DNA of 32,000 nt from Nostoc punctiforme PCC 73102 (GTDB lineage: Bacteria > Cyanobacteriota > Cyanobacteriia > Cyanobacteriales > Nostocaceae). Location: contig NC_010628.1 in the NCBI RefSeq assembly GCF_000020025.1, positions 7,110,001 to 7,142,000 on the forward strand, given 5' to 3'. This document shows positions 7,713-17,180 of the stretch, one piece after another. How positions within the stretch are numbered: position 1 is the stretch's first letter; every line of letters begins with the position of its first letter. The translations under genes and the position numbers were made by a program. The notes beneath the pieces are model-generated. The model was not told where the DNA came from and did no database searches. It worked only from the letters and a program-made list of their open reading frames with translations.

Positions 7713-9899
7713 GTGATTATGGCAAAATCTAAGAAAAGCGCTACCCCCACCAATCTCAGCGATCCACAATATTATCTTAACCGAGAGTTAAGCTGGTTAG
7801 AATTTAATGGCAGGGTATTACATGAAGCCTGTGACGATCGCACTCCTCTTCTTGAACGCCTGAAGTTTTTAGCAATCTTCAACTCTAATTTGGATGAGTT
7901 TTTCATGGTGCGAGTTGCTGGTTTAAAGCAACAAGTAGAGGCGAAAGTCAGCCTATTAACTCCTGATGGTCGGACACCACAACAACAGCTAGATGATATT
8001 AGGTCTACCCTGATTCCTCATGTCAAGAAAGAGCATCAACATTTTGAACAAGTACTTCGTCCTCTACTAGCAAATCATGGCATCCATATTCTGGATTACA
8101 TAAATTTGAATCAAAAACAGCGAACTCATCTCAATAATTATTTTGAGGAACAAGTCTTTCCAGTCTTGACACCTCTGGCTGTCGATCCTAGTCATCCTTT
8201 TCCATTTATTTCTAATCTCAGTCTGAATCTGGCTGTTGTGGTCAAAAACCCAGATACCGAAGAAGAATTCTTTGCCAGAGTTAAAGTCCCCAGTGTTCTC
8301 CCACGATTTTTACCGATACCACCTGAGTTGGGAGATCAAAATAACGGCAAACCTGCTCACTGGACTGGAGTACCTTTAGAACAAGCGATCGCTCATAACT
8401 TAGAATCTCTATTTCCAGGGATGAATATTCAAGAATATCATCCGTTCCGCATTACCCGTGATGCCGATTTGGTATTGGAAGAAGATGAAGCAGATGATTT
8501 GTTATTAGCGATTGAACAGGAATTGCGAAAACGGCGGCTAGGTGGGAGTCCAGTCCGGCTAGAAATTCAATCCCAGACTCCTGAAATAGTGCGATCGCGA
8601 TTATTGCACGATTTGGAATTAACAGAAAGCGATCTCTACGAAGTAGACGGTCTTTTGGGCCTGCGGGATTTGATGTATTTTATGTCCTTGCCATTGCCAG
8701 AACTCAAAGATCCACCACGCCAATCTGTTGTACCATCACGCTTGCAAAGGCTGAGAGAACCGAGTTTAGACCCAGATGCGCTAGAGACGGACGAGGGAAA
8801 AGATTTTTTTGCTGTGATTCGGGAAAAGGATTTGCTAGTACACCATCCCTATCAATCCTTTTCGGCTACGGTGGTGCGCTTTATCACCCATGCTGCCTAT
8901 GATCCGAATGTGTTAGCCATCAAGATGACCCTTTACCGGACTTCTGGCGATTCGCCCATCGTCAACGCCTTAATTGCCGCTGCTGAAAATGGCAAGCAAG
9001 TATCCGTGCTAGTGGAATTAAAGGCGCGATTTGATGAGGAGAATAATATTTATTGGGCAAAACGGCTAGAAAGAGTTGGAGTTCATGTAGTCTATGGTTT
9101 AGTAGGGCTGAAAACTCACAGTAAAACCGTTATGGTGGTACGGCGCGAAAAAGATCGAATCCGCCGCTACGTACATATTGGCACTGGTAACTATAATCCC
9201 AAAACAGCACGGCTATATACAGATTTGGGATTGTTTAGTTGCCGTGAAGAATTAGGTGCTGACATCACAGATTTATTTAATTTCTTGACAGGATACTCCC
9301 TGCAAAAGTCTTATCGAGAATTGTTGGTTGCACCTGTGAATATGCGCGATCGCTTTTTGGCACTAATTCATCGCGAAATTGAAAATGTTCAAAATGGATT
9401 TTCTGGACGCATTGTTGCCAAAATGAATTCCTTAGTCGATCCAGAAATTATCGCCACATTATATGAAGCTTCCCGCGCCGGAGTACAAATAGACTTAATT
9501 ATTAGGGGCGTTTGCTGTTTGCGTCCAGGACTCAAAGACATTAGTGAAAATATTCGCATCATCAGCATTGTTGGTCGCTTTTTAGAACACTCTCGGATTT
9601 ATTATTTTCATAACAATACACAGGAGGAAATCTTTATCGGTAGTGCCGACTGGATGCGCCGCAACCTAGATCGTCGAGTCGAAGTAATTACCCCAGTAAA
9701 AGACCCAGATATTGCCAAGGATTTGCAAGAAATCATGGGAATTATGCTTGCGGATAATCGCCAAGCTTGGGAATTACAAGCCGATGGCACTTACATTCAA
9801 CGCCGTCCTTATGATGATTCTCCAGAAGCCAATTCACAAAAAATTCTTATGAATATGGCATTACGCTCAACTGGCGTAACCTCAAACTTGATTGATTAA
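7713..9899 (+). CDS. ppk: Polyphosphate kinase 1 (728 aa from GTG 7713; ATG at 7719 equally plausible)
   Basis: Track ORF. N-terminal YLNRELSWLEFNGRVLHEA…RLKFLAIFNSNLDEFFMVRV, the autophosphorylated-His region LKTHSK, and two PLD-like C-terminal domains (RFLEHSRIYYF) are PPK1 hallmarks. Confidence 0.93.
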   Translation: MIMAKSKKSATPTNLSDPQYYLNRELSWLEFNGRVLHEACDDRTPLLERLKFLAIFNSNLDEFFMVRVAGLKQQVEAKVSLLTPDGRTPQQQLDDIRSTLIPHVKKEHQHFEQVLRPLLANHGIHILDYINLNQKQRTHLNNYFEEQVFPVLTPLAVDPSHPFPFISNLSLNLAVVVKNPDTEEEFFARVKVPSVLPRFLPIPPELGDQNNGKPAHWTGVPLEQAIAHNLESLFPGMNIQEYHPFRITRDADLVLEEDEADDLLLAIEQELRKRRLGGSPVRLEIQSQTPEIVRSRLLHDLELTESDLYEVDGLLGLRDLMYFMSLPLPELKDPPRQSVVPSRLQRLREPSLDPDALETDEGKDFFAVIREKDLLVHHPYQSFSATVVRFITHAAYDPNVLAIKMTLYRTSGDSPIVNALIAAAENGKQVSVLVELKARFDEENNIYWAKRLERVGVHVVYGLVGLKTHSKTVMVVRREKDRIRRYVHIGTGNYNPKTARLYTDLGLFSCREELGADITDLFNFLTGYSLQKSYRELLVAPVNMRDRFLALIHREIENVQNGFSGRIVAKMNSLVDPEIIATLYEASRAGVQIDLIIRGVCCLRPGLKDISENIRIISIVGRFLEHSRIYYFHNNTQEEIFIGSADWMRRNLDRRVEVITPVKDPDIAKDLQEIMGIMLADNRQAWELQADGTYIQRRPYDDSPEANSQKILMNMALRSTGVTSNLID

Positions 9900-9932
9900 A
9901 AGATAAGTTACTTTGACTTTGACAACTAGCTA

Positions 9933-9970
9933 AACTTAGATAACTTTTAAAAGTTATCTAAGTTATTTTT
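9933..9970 (+). terminator. Strong rho-independent terminator after ppk
   Basis: aacttagataactttt|aaaagttatctaagtt is a perfect 32 nt palindrome followed by attttt. Confidence 0.8.
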
Positions 9971-10226
9971 CATAGGTTCATACAGAATTCATGAATCAGG
10001 ATTCCAAATTCAGAATGAATTCCGATCAAAAAGCAGATAGCACAGGGATAGCGAGTCGGCTTACCCCTGCGGCGATCTTCCTAGCAAAAGTGCCTCGTAA
10101 AGAGCATCAAATTGCTGATTTCTATATTCTGAATTCTTCTTCAATCAACCATTGGATAGAGTTAGTGCTGCTACGTGTTCCCATAGACTAGAGAGGTTAT
10201 TCTGAATAAATTCGTCATTCCCCTCA

Positions 10227-10643
10227 ATGTTAATGTTATCCTGTGAGCTTTCTACCTTGCGTGTTCTAGTAGTTGATGACCATGAACTGACTCGTCTAAC
10301 CTTACAATTGGTTTTTTCCTGTCAGGAGAATATTCAAGTAGTAGGTTTAGCCAGTAATGGTGAAGAAGCTATAGAAATGGTTAAACGTTGTCATCCTGAC
10401 GTAATTGTTCTAGATTTACAAATGCCAGTCATGGATGGCTGGAGCGCGTCTAGCCAAATTAAAGCTATATCTCCGAACACCCAGATCCTTGCTTACTCCT
10501 CAGTAGAAGACGCAAATTTTCAAGGAACTAAGGCAATGTCTAGCTTTGATGACGTTTGCAAGAAAGATGTACCGACAAGCGAACTGATTGCTTTAGTTAG
10601 GCGGTTAGGTCAGCGTGCAGGAGATGATTCAGTTGCAGGATAA
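10227..10643 (+). CDS. Stand-alone response-regulator receiver domain protein (138 aa)
   Basis: Track ORF. LRVLVVDDHELTR…DVIVLDLQMPVMDG…ILAYSS… carries the acidic pocket DD, the phospho-acceptor D in VLDLQMP and a conserved S/T. There is no output domain. The first Met is uncertain. Confidence 0.85.
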   Translation: MLMLSCELSTLRVLVVDDHELTRLTLQLVFSCQENIQVVGLASNGEEAIEMVKRCHPDVIVLDLQMPVMDGWSASSQIKAISPNTQILAYSSVEDANFQGTKAMSSFDDVCKKDVPTSELIALVRRLGQRAGDDSVAG

Positions 10644-10719
10644 ATGATACAACTATGTTGCTTCGCCAGCTCAGGCTTAGTTAAATTCTGGGGATTTGAG
10701 AATATTATAGTAGTGTGGA

Positions 10720-10757
10720 GCGTCGGTATTAGCTGAAGTTGACAGTTAAACCGACGC
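10720..10757. terminator. Hairpin between convergent genes
   Basis: gcgtcggt (22 nt loop) accgacgc is a perfect 8 bp stem, followed on the plus strand by atttgtgctgtttt. It lies between the 3' ends of 10227..10643 (+) and 10772..10945 (-). Confidence 0.4.
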
Positions 10758-10771
10758 ATTTGTGCTGTTTT

Positions 10772-10945
10772 CTACTCTACCGGAATGGTGCGTTTAAATT
10801 CATCAATTAATTCATCTAGTTCTTCCAAAGCCTGATTTACGTCAACTCTCAATGTTCCCAGGTTTGGTTGCTCTAGCAGGCCTAATAGGTACTCGCGTTT
10901 ACTTTGAACTGCAACAATTCGTTCTTTTATAGTCTGTAGATCCAT
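10772..10945 (-). CDS. Small hypothetical helical protein (57 aa), below the ORF-track cutoff
   Basis: Hand translation: MDLQTIKERIVAVQSKREYLLGLLEQPNLGTLRVDVNQALEELDELIDEFKRTIPVE, ATG start and TAG stop. Non-repetitive, coiled-coil-like composition. It fills an otherwise empty gap convergent with the response regulator. No homology check was possible. Confidence 0.4.
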   Translation of the reverse strand: MDLQTIKERIVAVQSKREYLLGLLEQPNLGTLRVDVNQALEELDELIDEFKRTIPVE

Positions 10946-11290
10946 TATTTTTTTCCATTTTTAACTACCTTTAAATTTTAAGTTAACTCAAAATCCAATA
11001 TTTTGGGGCACTATACTCTTAGTAGTCCACTACACTAACTTTCCTCTCTAGAAACTCCTCATGTCTCCCGTACCTCTACTCAAAAGCAGGCTACGTGTAG
11101 CGTCTTTGATATGAAAAGTTTTAAACTAAGTAAGCTGGAAGCTTTTGACTTCTCTTTGTGTGAGTCTTAACCTGGCAATTTTGAGTTGGTTGAATTACTA
11201 GTCTCTAGAGATGATGTTCTTCCCTAATTTGTTACTCATAGCCGATGATAATAAAACTGAGGTATTAAGAATTTATACTAATTTAAGCTC

Positions 11291-11860
11291 ATGCTACGCC
11301 AAATCTCTTTGGGAACACTCGGTTTAACTATCGGTGGCATATTAACCATTATGGGCTTCGTCGCCTATGCTGGTAATAATGCCACACTCAATCTTGTCGG
11401 ATTTTTTTACGGTATTCCTCTATTGTTGGGAGGACTGGCGCTGAAAGCTAATGAACTTAAGCCAGTACCCTTTACCCAAAAGACATCTCCGTCAGCATTG
11501 ATACTGCGGGAACAGCAAGCAACTGATACTCAAAATAAAATTCGCAAAGATATCACCCGATATTGTTACGGTCAAGATGCTCATTTAGATACAACACTTT
11601 CTTTTCTGGGTTTGAGTCCCACAGACCAGGAACGACCAACAGTCACAGGGTTACGAGAAGTAGAAGTGAATGGGAACTATGCCCTAATTTTAGAATTTGA
11701 TTCACCGCTAATACCAATTGATGTATGGCAAAAAAAGCAGGAAAAAATGACTAATTATTTTGGACCGGGATTGGAGGTTCAAATAACACAGCCATCTGAA
11801 AATACAATTGAGTTAGCGCTGATTAATACTCCAAAAGAGTCACTAGTCAGTACTCAATAG
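11291..11860 (+). CDS. Membrane protein with two N-terminal TM helices, possibly DUF2854 family (189 aa)
   Basis: Track ORF. The TM pair is LGTLGLTIGGILTIMGFVAYA / LVGFFYGIPLLLGGLAL, followed by a soluble C-terminal domain. The DUF name is recollection only. Confidence 0.7.
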   Translation: MLRQISLGTLGLTIGGILTIMGFVAYAGNNATLNLVGFFYGIPLLLGGLALKANELKPVPFTQKTSPSALILREQQATDTQNKIRKDITRYCYGQDAHLDTTLSFLGLSPTDQERPTVTGLREVEVNGNYALILEFDSPLIPIDVWQKKQEKMTNYFGPGLEVQITQPSENTIELALINTPKESLVSTQ

Positions 11861-11955
11861 TTAGGAACAAAAGTTATTGTTACCAAAACTTTAATGGCTT
11901 GTTCTTACCCACATTTTTGTAACAACTCAATGTGCTGCACTAATGGACATCTCTC

Positions 11956-11973
11956 CCAGAACTTAAGTTCTGG
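11956..11973. repeat. Perfect 18 bp palindrome between convergent genes
   Basis: ccagaactt|aagttctgg. No flanking U-tract on either strand. Confidence 0.6.
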
Positions 11974-12042
11974 ATAAAGAAACTCTCTCTGTACTCAACT
12001 TAACTGAAATTTTCACTTTCACAGGGGATAGCATCAACCTAA

Positions 12043-12070
12043 GTAGAGGCGCGAAACTTTGCGTCTCTAC
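12043..12070 (-). terminator. GTAGAG(A/G)CGC...GCG(T/C)CTCTAC hairpin repeat downstream of the 12157..12417 gene
   Basis: gtagaggcgc-gaaacttt-gcgtctctac has 9/10 pairs plus one G-U. This is a Nostoc-type dispersed hairpin sequence about 90 nt 3' of the minus-strand stop. Confidence 0.45.
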
Positions 12071-12156
12071 ACGCCTAAAAATTCCCACGCATGATCTTAA
12101 GTCAATTGTATTGCTACATACAGCATTGACTCGTTTTTTTACCACTAACCAAAAAG

Positions 12157-12417
12157 TTACTTTTCTAAACGAACTGCATACCATTGTAAATATTGCCCAG
12201 GGCCAATATCTAATTCACAGCCAGTGTCGAGTAAATATTGTGCTTGAGCTTCCACAGTATCAAACTTTTGCAAGTCAGGCGGTAAATCTTGAATTATAAG
12301 TTGCTGAAGAGTTGTTTTGAGCTTTTCTAATAACTCTGATTGTGTCAGAAATTGCTCTGGTTTATCTGTTTCTAAAAGAACAAAGTGATCTTGCTGATAC
12401 ATTAATGAGTCTGGCAT
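12157..12417 (-). CDS. Small conserved cyanobacterial protein (86 aa), possibly CRR7/DUF3571-like
   Basis: Track ORF: MPDSLMYQQDHFVLLETDKPEQFLTQSELLEKLKTTLQ…. Size and acidic composition fit my recollection of the CRR7 family. This is unverified. Confidence 0.6.
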   Translation of the reverse strand: MPDSLMYQQDHFVLLETDKPEQFLTQSELLEKLKTTLQQLIIQDLPPDLQKFDTVEAQAQYLLDTGCELDIGPGQYLQWYAVRLEK

Positions 12418-13311
12418 TTTAAAGATTTAGTGAATGCAAATGGTTTTTTCGATCGCGTCTGGTTATTTTTGTAGTCAAAAAATGGAGATTCTATCTATTT
12501 GATCTGCTGTCTGTGCAGTACTCATAGGATTTAGTTGTTTAAGACATAAATATTACTTAATTTAGTATATCTAGATTCATATAAATTTAATTATTAAATT
12601 ACTGTTTTTTAGAATAAAAAATCTATTTTTAACTTAAGTAAATATAGTTAATCAATTAAATAAGAACTTTTACTTGATTTATCAACTCAAAGTGATTCAA
12701 CAATAAAATATTGAACTTAGTTGAATCTTAATCTTATGTAATTATACCGTATTTTTATCCCTACTGCCCAATAGACTAAAGACATTTAAGTCAAATGATA
12801 TTAGTATTTAATATTAGCTATAGCAATCCAAATTTAAAGTTAAGAAAATACGTAGATTAAAAATACGTATTTTAAAGCCTTTCAGAAATGTTATCTCTCA
12901 CGAATGATTTAGGATTGCTATATTTTATGAACGTACTTTGACAATTGCTTTTCCCTGTTTCGCTAAGTTTATAAACTAACTAATTAAGGTGCCTATTTGC
13001 AATTTTCAAAAAAATTGCAATTTAACTTTAACAATGGGGAAATATAAAAGCAACACTTCCTCCCATAACCATAGCCGAACAAAAAGGTAAAAATTGCCTT
13101 CGCGTTCCAATTATAGATTGTCTATGCAACTTAGTTATCTACCGCTTGCTTGGCTCAAGAACATTGAGCAGTCTATTGTCAAAAAACAGTTGATTGTGAA
13201 GCCAGACACACCTTTGCCGCAAATTCTGGCATTGATGAAAAGAGCGATCGCTCCTATGCGATTGAGTTGCACAGCCTTTTTCAGAATAATCTTGCAAGTG
13301 GAAGGCAACTC

Positions 13312-14337
13312 ATGTCAGGCATAAGCTCATTTTCTGTTTCTAAACAACCACCACTGATTCTAGTGGCTGATGATGACAAGACTATCCGAGTGTTGTTGCG
13401 TAAAGCTATGGAACAAGAAGGTTATCGAGTGGTCGAGGTCAATGATGGTAAGCAATGTTTAGATGCTTACGAGACTATCAAACCGGATATAGTTTTGCTA
13501 GATGCTGTAATGCCTGTGATGGATGGCTTTACCTGCTGTAAGCAATTGCTCCAAATTGCCAGGAATAATTTAATCTCAGCCCTTGCAACCTTTGATACTG
13601 ACTCGGCTCTTAACAATACTGTCATCTCCAAAATATGGGAGCGCACTCCCATATTGATGATCACATGCTTGGACGATGAGGAATCCGTAAACCGTGCTTT
13701 TGATGCAGGAGCGACTGATTATGTTACTAAGCCAATTCACTGGCCTGTATTGCGTCAACGGTTGCGCCGACTGCTACAGCAAGGACAAGTATACAAACAA
13801 TTAGAGGCAGCAAACCAAGCTTTGCAGCACCTTGCCAATGTAGATGGCTTAACTGAGTTGGCTAATCGTCGTCGCTTTGACGATTATCTCAATACTCAGT
13901 GGATTAATCTCGCCCAAGAGGAATCTCCTTTGTCAATGATTTTGTGTGATATCGACTATTTTAAATTTTATAACGATAAATATGGCCATCCTGCTGGAGA
14001 TGTCTGTTTACAAAAGGTGGGTGCTGTCTTAAATCTGAAGGCGCAAAAACATCAAGACTTAGTAGCGCGTTATGGTGGCGAAGAATTTGCTGTGATTATG
14101 CCATACACCCATGCATCTGGTGCAATTCACGTGGCCGCAACGATACAAGCGGGAATCAAAGATTTACAAATTGCTCACGCCGGGTCTGCGGTGAGTCAGC
14201 ATGTCACGCTAAGTATGGGCGTAGCAACTGTTGTACCTACTTGGGAATCCTCACCTTCAGATTTGATTGTACGGGCAGATAAAGCACTCTACCAAGCAAA
14301 GGCAGGGGGGCGCGATCGCTTTGTCTCAAGTTTTTAA
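13312..14337 (+). CDS. Response regulator-diguanylate cyclase (REC-GGDEF), 341 aa from ATG 13312 (the track ORF starts at TTG 13267)
   Basis: REC: LILVADDD…DIVLLDAVMPVMDG…DYVTKP. GGDEF: DGLTELANRRRFD…CDIDYFKFYNDKYGHPAGD…RYGGEEFAVIM…SMGVA…ADKALYQAKAGGRDR. The active-site GGEEF is intact. The I-site position reads KHQD rather than RxxD. GGAAGG lies 8 nt upstream of ATG 13312. Confidence 0.88.
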   Translation: MSGISSFSVSKQPPLILVADDDKTIRVLLRKAMEQEGYRVVEVNDGKQCLDAYETIKPDIVLLDAVMPVMDGFTCCKQLLQIARNNLISALATFDTDSALNNTVISKIWERTPILMITCLDDEESVNRAFDAGATDYVTKPIHWPVLRQRLRRLLQQGQVYKQLEAANQALQHLANVDGLTELANRRRFDDYLNTQWINLAQEESPLSMILCDIDYFKFYNDKYGHPAGDVCLQKVGAVLNLKAQKHQDLVARYGGEEFAVIMPYTHASGAIHVAATIQAGIKDLQIAHAGSAVSQHVTLSMGVATVVPTWESSPSDLIVRADKALYQAKAGGRDRFVSSF

Positions 14338-14375
14338 TTGTGATTAGTTATTAGTTATTTGTAAATGCCTATTGC

Positions 14376-15563
14376 CTAAGAAGGATAAACTGGCAGCGTG
14401 AAGTGGAACCATGCTCCATTATTGGGGGCGGAATCTACCCAAATTTGGCCATAGTGTGCCACGATAATACGCTGGCATAAACAAAGACCAATGCCGTAAC
14501 CTTCTTTACCTTCATCCCGTTGTAGGCGGAAGTGGTTTTCAAAGATGCGATCGCGATTTTCTACAGGAATACCAGGCCCAGTATCGCCAATACTAAACTG
14601 AACTTTTTGAGTAGTGCGGTGCAATCCCGAAACGCTAATCTTGCCACCTTCTGGGGTATATTTGATGGCGTTATCTAACAGATTCACTAGCACTTGGCGG
14701 ATGCGTTCTGGATCGGCATATACATAAGGTAAGTCACTAGGAATATCTGTTTCAACCTCTTGGGATTTAGCGGTGTAGCGATCGCACAATTCTTCGAGTA
14801 CATCTAAAAAGACTTTACCTAGTTGTACTTTTTGTGGTGATAGAGGAAACTCTGTATCTTTTCCACGCCCTACCTGCAAAAGGTCAGTAATCATTCGGTC
14901 AATGACCTTAGTTTGATTGCGGGCTTGTTTTAATAAATGTGCCGTCATCGATGGCTTGAGGCGCTGAAATTCCCCTGTCTCTAGATTGTAGTTAGATTGG
15001 AGAGTTTCTATTGCGATCGCGGCAGCAGTTAGGGGATTGCGGAGATCGTGCGCCAGCATAGCAATCACCCGATCTTTAAACTGTAGCTGCTCTTGAAGGT
15101 TATCTTTTTCCTGTTTCAAGCGAAAAATTTCGTCTGAGAGTCGGATTAGTTCAGCAGAAACAGCAACTGAATGGATAGTGGATTTGGGTAATGTACCCCG
15201 ACCATTGTCATCCATGTGTTCTTGCAAGTCTTCCTGTAATTTTAAGTAAGCGTCTACAGCGACTTGCCAGCGAGGCCACCAGTTTTTCAATTGCGCTATG
15301 ATATTACTCCCAGCCAGAACCTGTCGTGGTTCAGGATGGATTTTGATTAAAGCTGGCGTTGCTACCAACTTAAAGTGTTCTGCTAAGTAAGGTTGTTGTC
15401 CAACATCGATAGTTTGAACTTCAAAAGTATACTCAGCCTGCAATTCTTTTAAGTAAGCACGTATTCGCTGCACCTGTTGGCGGGACTTAGGTCGTCCATC
15501 GACAAAAAGTAACAGTTGGAGTGGGGCCTCAGAATAAATAGGCTGATCCTGGGAAACTTGCAT
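14376..15563 (-). CDS. sasA: Adaptive-response sensory histidine kinase SasA (KaiB-like N-terminal domain + HisKA + HATPase)
   Basis: Track ORF. The KaiB/thioredoxin-like N-terminus is [27 protein letters not shown]…[10 protein letters not shown]. The H-box is [11 protein letters not shown]. The N, G1 and G2 boxes are [27 protein letters not shown] at 15563 (MQVSQDQP) is preferred over the upstream TTG at 15590. Confidence 0.88.
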
Positions 15564-16140
15564 GTAATCGTGTTTCAGCACTGGTAACAACCCGGTGACG
15601 CTTTACAGAAAGTAAAATGGACTGACGGTTGTCGATGGTCGTTGTTTTGGTCTTCAATTTAATATCTATTTTAGATTTTCATACTGCTCTTAGTTCTGCA
15701 TCTTTGACACTAAAGATATCTTTTTCAGCCTTTTGTCCCTTTTTGACTAACTTTATCTCCAAGAAACACCCAATCCTCTTGAATATAAGCCTTAATTTGC
15801 CCTGAATCGAAAGTTGTCGCTAGAGTTAGCAGGTGAAAGGTTTAATACTATGTCAAATCAGCTAGTGGAGCAGCATGTCAATTTGACTACTCGCTTTGAA
15901 CAAGCGATCGCCGAACTAAACGCAGATGCTAATTGTATCTAATCTATCAGGAAGCTGTTAACTGTTTAGACCAAGTTTGTGGAGAGAGGGTTTTTTAAAC
16001 ACCAGTGCATCCAATGAAGTGTCTTGTTTGCCTCAACCTAATCATTATTCTGATTAGGAAAACAGCCATAGCTAATAACTATATACTGCCTATAACTTAC
16101 TAAGCGTACTCTGTGCCCAGCCTTCCTCAAAGAAGACCTA

Positions 16141-16160
16141 CCTATTCTCTTGAGAATAGG
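16141..16160. repeat. Perfect 9+2+9 palindrome in the ORF-poor spacer
   Basis: cctattctc-tt-gagaatagg. Confidence 0.6.
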
Positions 16161-16197
16161 GGATGGGTTGCCCTAAGACAACCTTTTGGATAACATC

Positions 16198-16228
16198 GGG
16201 GCGATGCCTACGGCGGTAAACTACGCAC
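16198..16228 (+). repeat. SDR copy
   Basis: gggcgatgcctacggcggtaaactacgcac is nearly identical to the reverse complement of 21169-21195 (ctatgcttacggcggcaaactacgcac). Confidence 0.65.
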
Positions 16229-16723
16229 TTTTAGAGTCAGTACTTACTGCTTTCGAAGCTGCCAAGAAACTCTTGACTACAGCACAAGTAGCACTTTCCC
16301 CATAAAATCTATTTAGAGAAATTAGGGAAACTGCTGCGACACTTGACTGCTTTACTTATGACCCCAGTCGCCAAGAATAACGAACTTACGCTAAGTTCCT
16401 GGAATTTGTAAACACTGGCATTTTCCGGCTATTGCCTTATTCAGCTTACCATCGTCAGATGAATAATTTCCAGAATCGATTGCAACCCAGTGTTAGCGAA
16501 CTTTATTGATTTCCCTCTTTGGGTGAGGCTAAGGGGGCTTTATTCCTAGTCTATCACTTTAGGTGTTTAGCGATCGCATTAAGTTCGTGCATCTGGAAGC
16601 AGATTAAAGCTTTTGGTAGCTAAAATGTTCTTTAGCGAGTTACCAATCAGTTATCTGCTCTGCCAATTGAATATTCAGAGAAATATCTAAAAAATGGATT
16701 CTCAATGTAGTAGTCTTGCCATA

Positions 16724-16903
16724 TTAATTTTGAGCAGGACTAAACTGCTGACTACAAACTCCCTTAAGCTGTCCTAATCCCAGTGAGCTTAGAGCCTCAA
16801 AATTATAAAACTCTTGTTGTATAGCAAGTATTTCAAATTTATTTCTGTTTTTTTCCAAAAATGTTAGTTTGCCAGAATTTTTGGGAACTCTATAAATAAG
16901 CAT
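16724..16903 (-). CDS. Candidate small ORF (59 aa), one codon below the track cutoff; doubtful
   Basis: Hand translation: MLIYRVPKNSGKLTFLEKNRNKFEILAIQQEFYNFEALSSLGLGQLKGVCSQQFSPAQN. ATG start, no convincing SD, no motif recognised. It is the longest ORF in the 15.6-16.96 kb gap. Confidence 0.25.
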   Translation of the reverse strand: MLIYRVPKNSGKLTFLEKNRNKFEILAIQQEFYNFEALSSLGLGQLKGVCSQQFSPAQN

Positions 16904-16943
16904 GGGAATTATAAAAACCTAATGGCTGTAAAACGAAGACAAT

Positions 16944-16963
16944 ACGGTAGCTTTTGCTACCGT
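16944..16963. terminator. Perfect 8 bp hairpin with T-rich flanks
   Basis: acggtagc-tttt-gctaccgt. The plus strand continues ttactcattttt. On the minus strand it is followed by attgtcttcgtttt. Confidence 0.4.
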
Positions 16964-17054
16964 TTACTCATTTTTAGAGATATTATCATCTTCACCAATA
17001 GAGACATTTACCAAGACAACGCGCTGAGTCGGTAGTGTCTTTTGGTGATACTGA

Positions 17055-17180
17055 GAGGCAGTGAGCAGAAGAAGCCGGAGAGTAGGCAGTAGGGGGCAAG
17101 GGGTAAGGGATAGGGGCAGAATAAAAATTAGCTCTTTCCCCTCTGCTCCCTGCTCTTTTCCCCTCTGCCTCTTGTGCCCA
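17055..17180. repeat. Low-complexity purine-rich / pyrimidine-rich imperfect inverted repeat
   Basis: …ggcagtagggggcaaggggtaagggataggggcaga-ataaaaattagc-tctttcccctctgctccctgctcttttcccctctgcc…. The arms are only partly complementary. It lies just upstream of the 17241 gene. Confidence 0.5.

Noticed and set aside
9991-10191. Track ORF of 66 aa upstream of the response regulator
   Set aside because: It has no SD and low-complexity, AT-rich content. The region contains short inverted repeats around GAATTC and is more likely promoter/leader sequence.
11963-12299. ORFs 11963..12184 (-) and 12111..12299 (+)
   Set aside because: The first spans a palindrome and an SDR hairpin. The second is antisense to the better-supported 12157..12417 gene.
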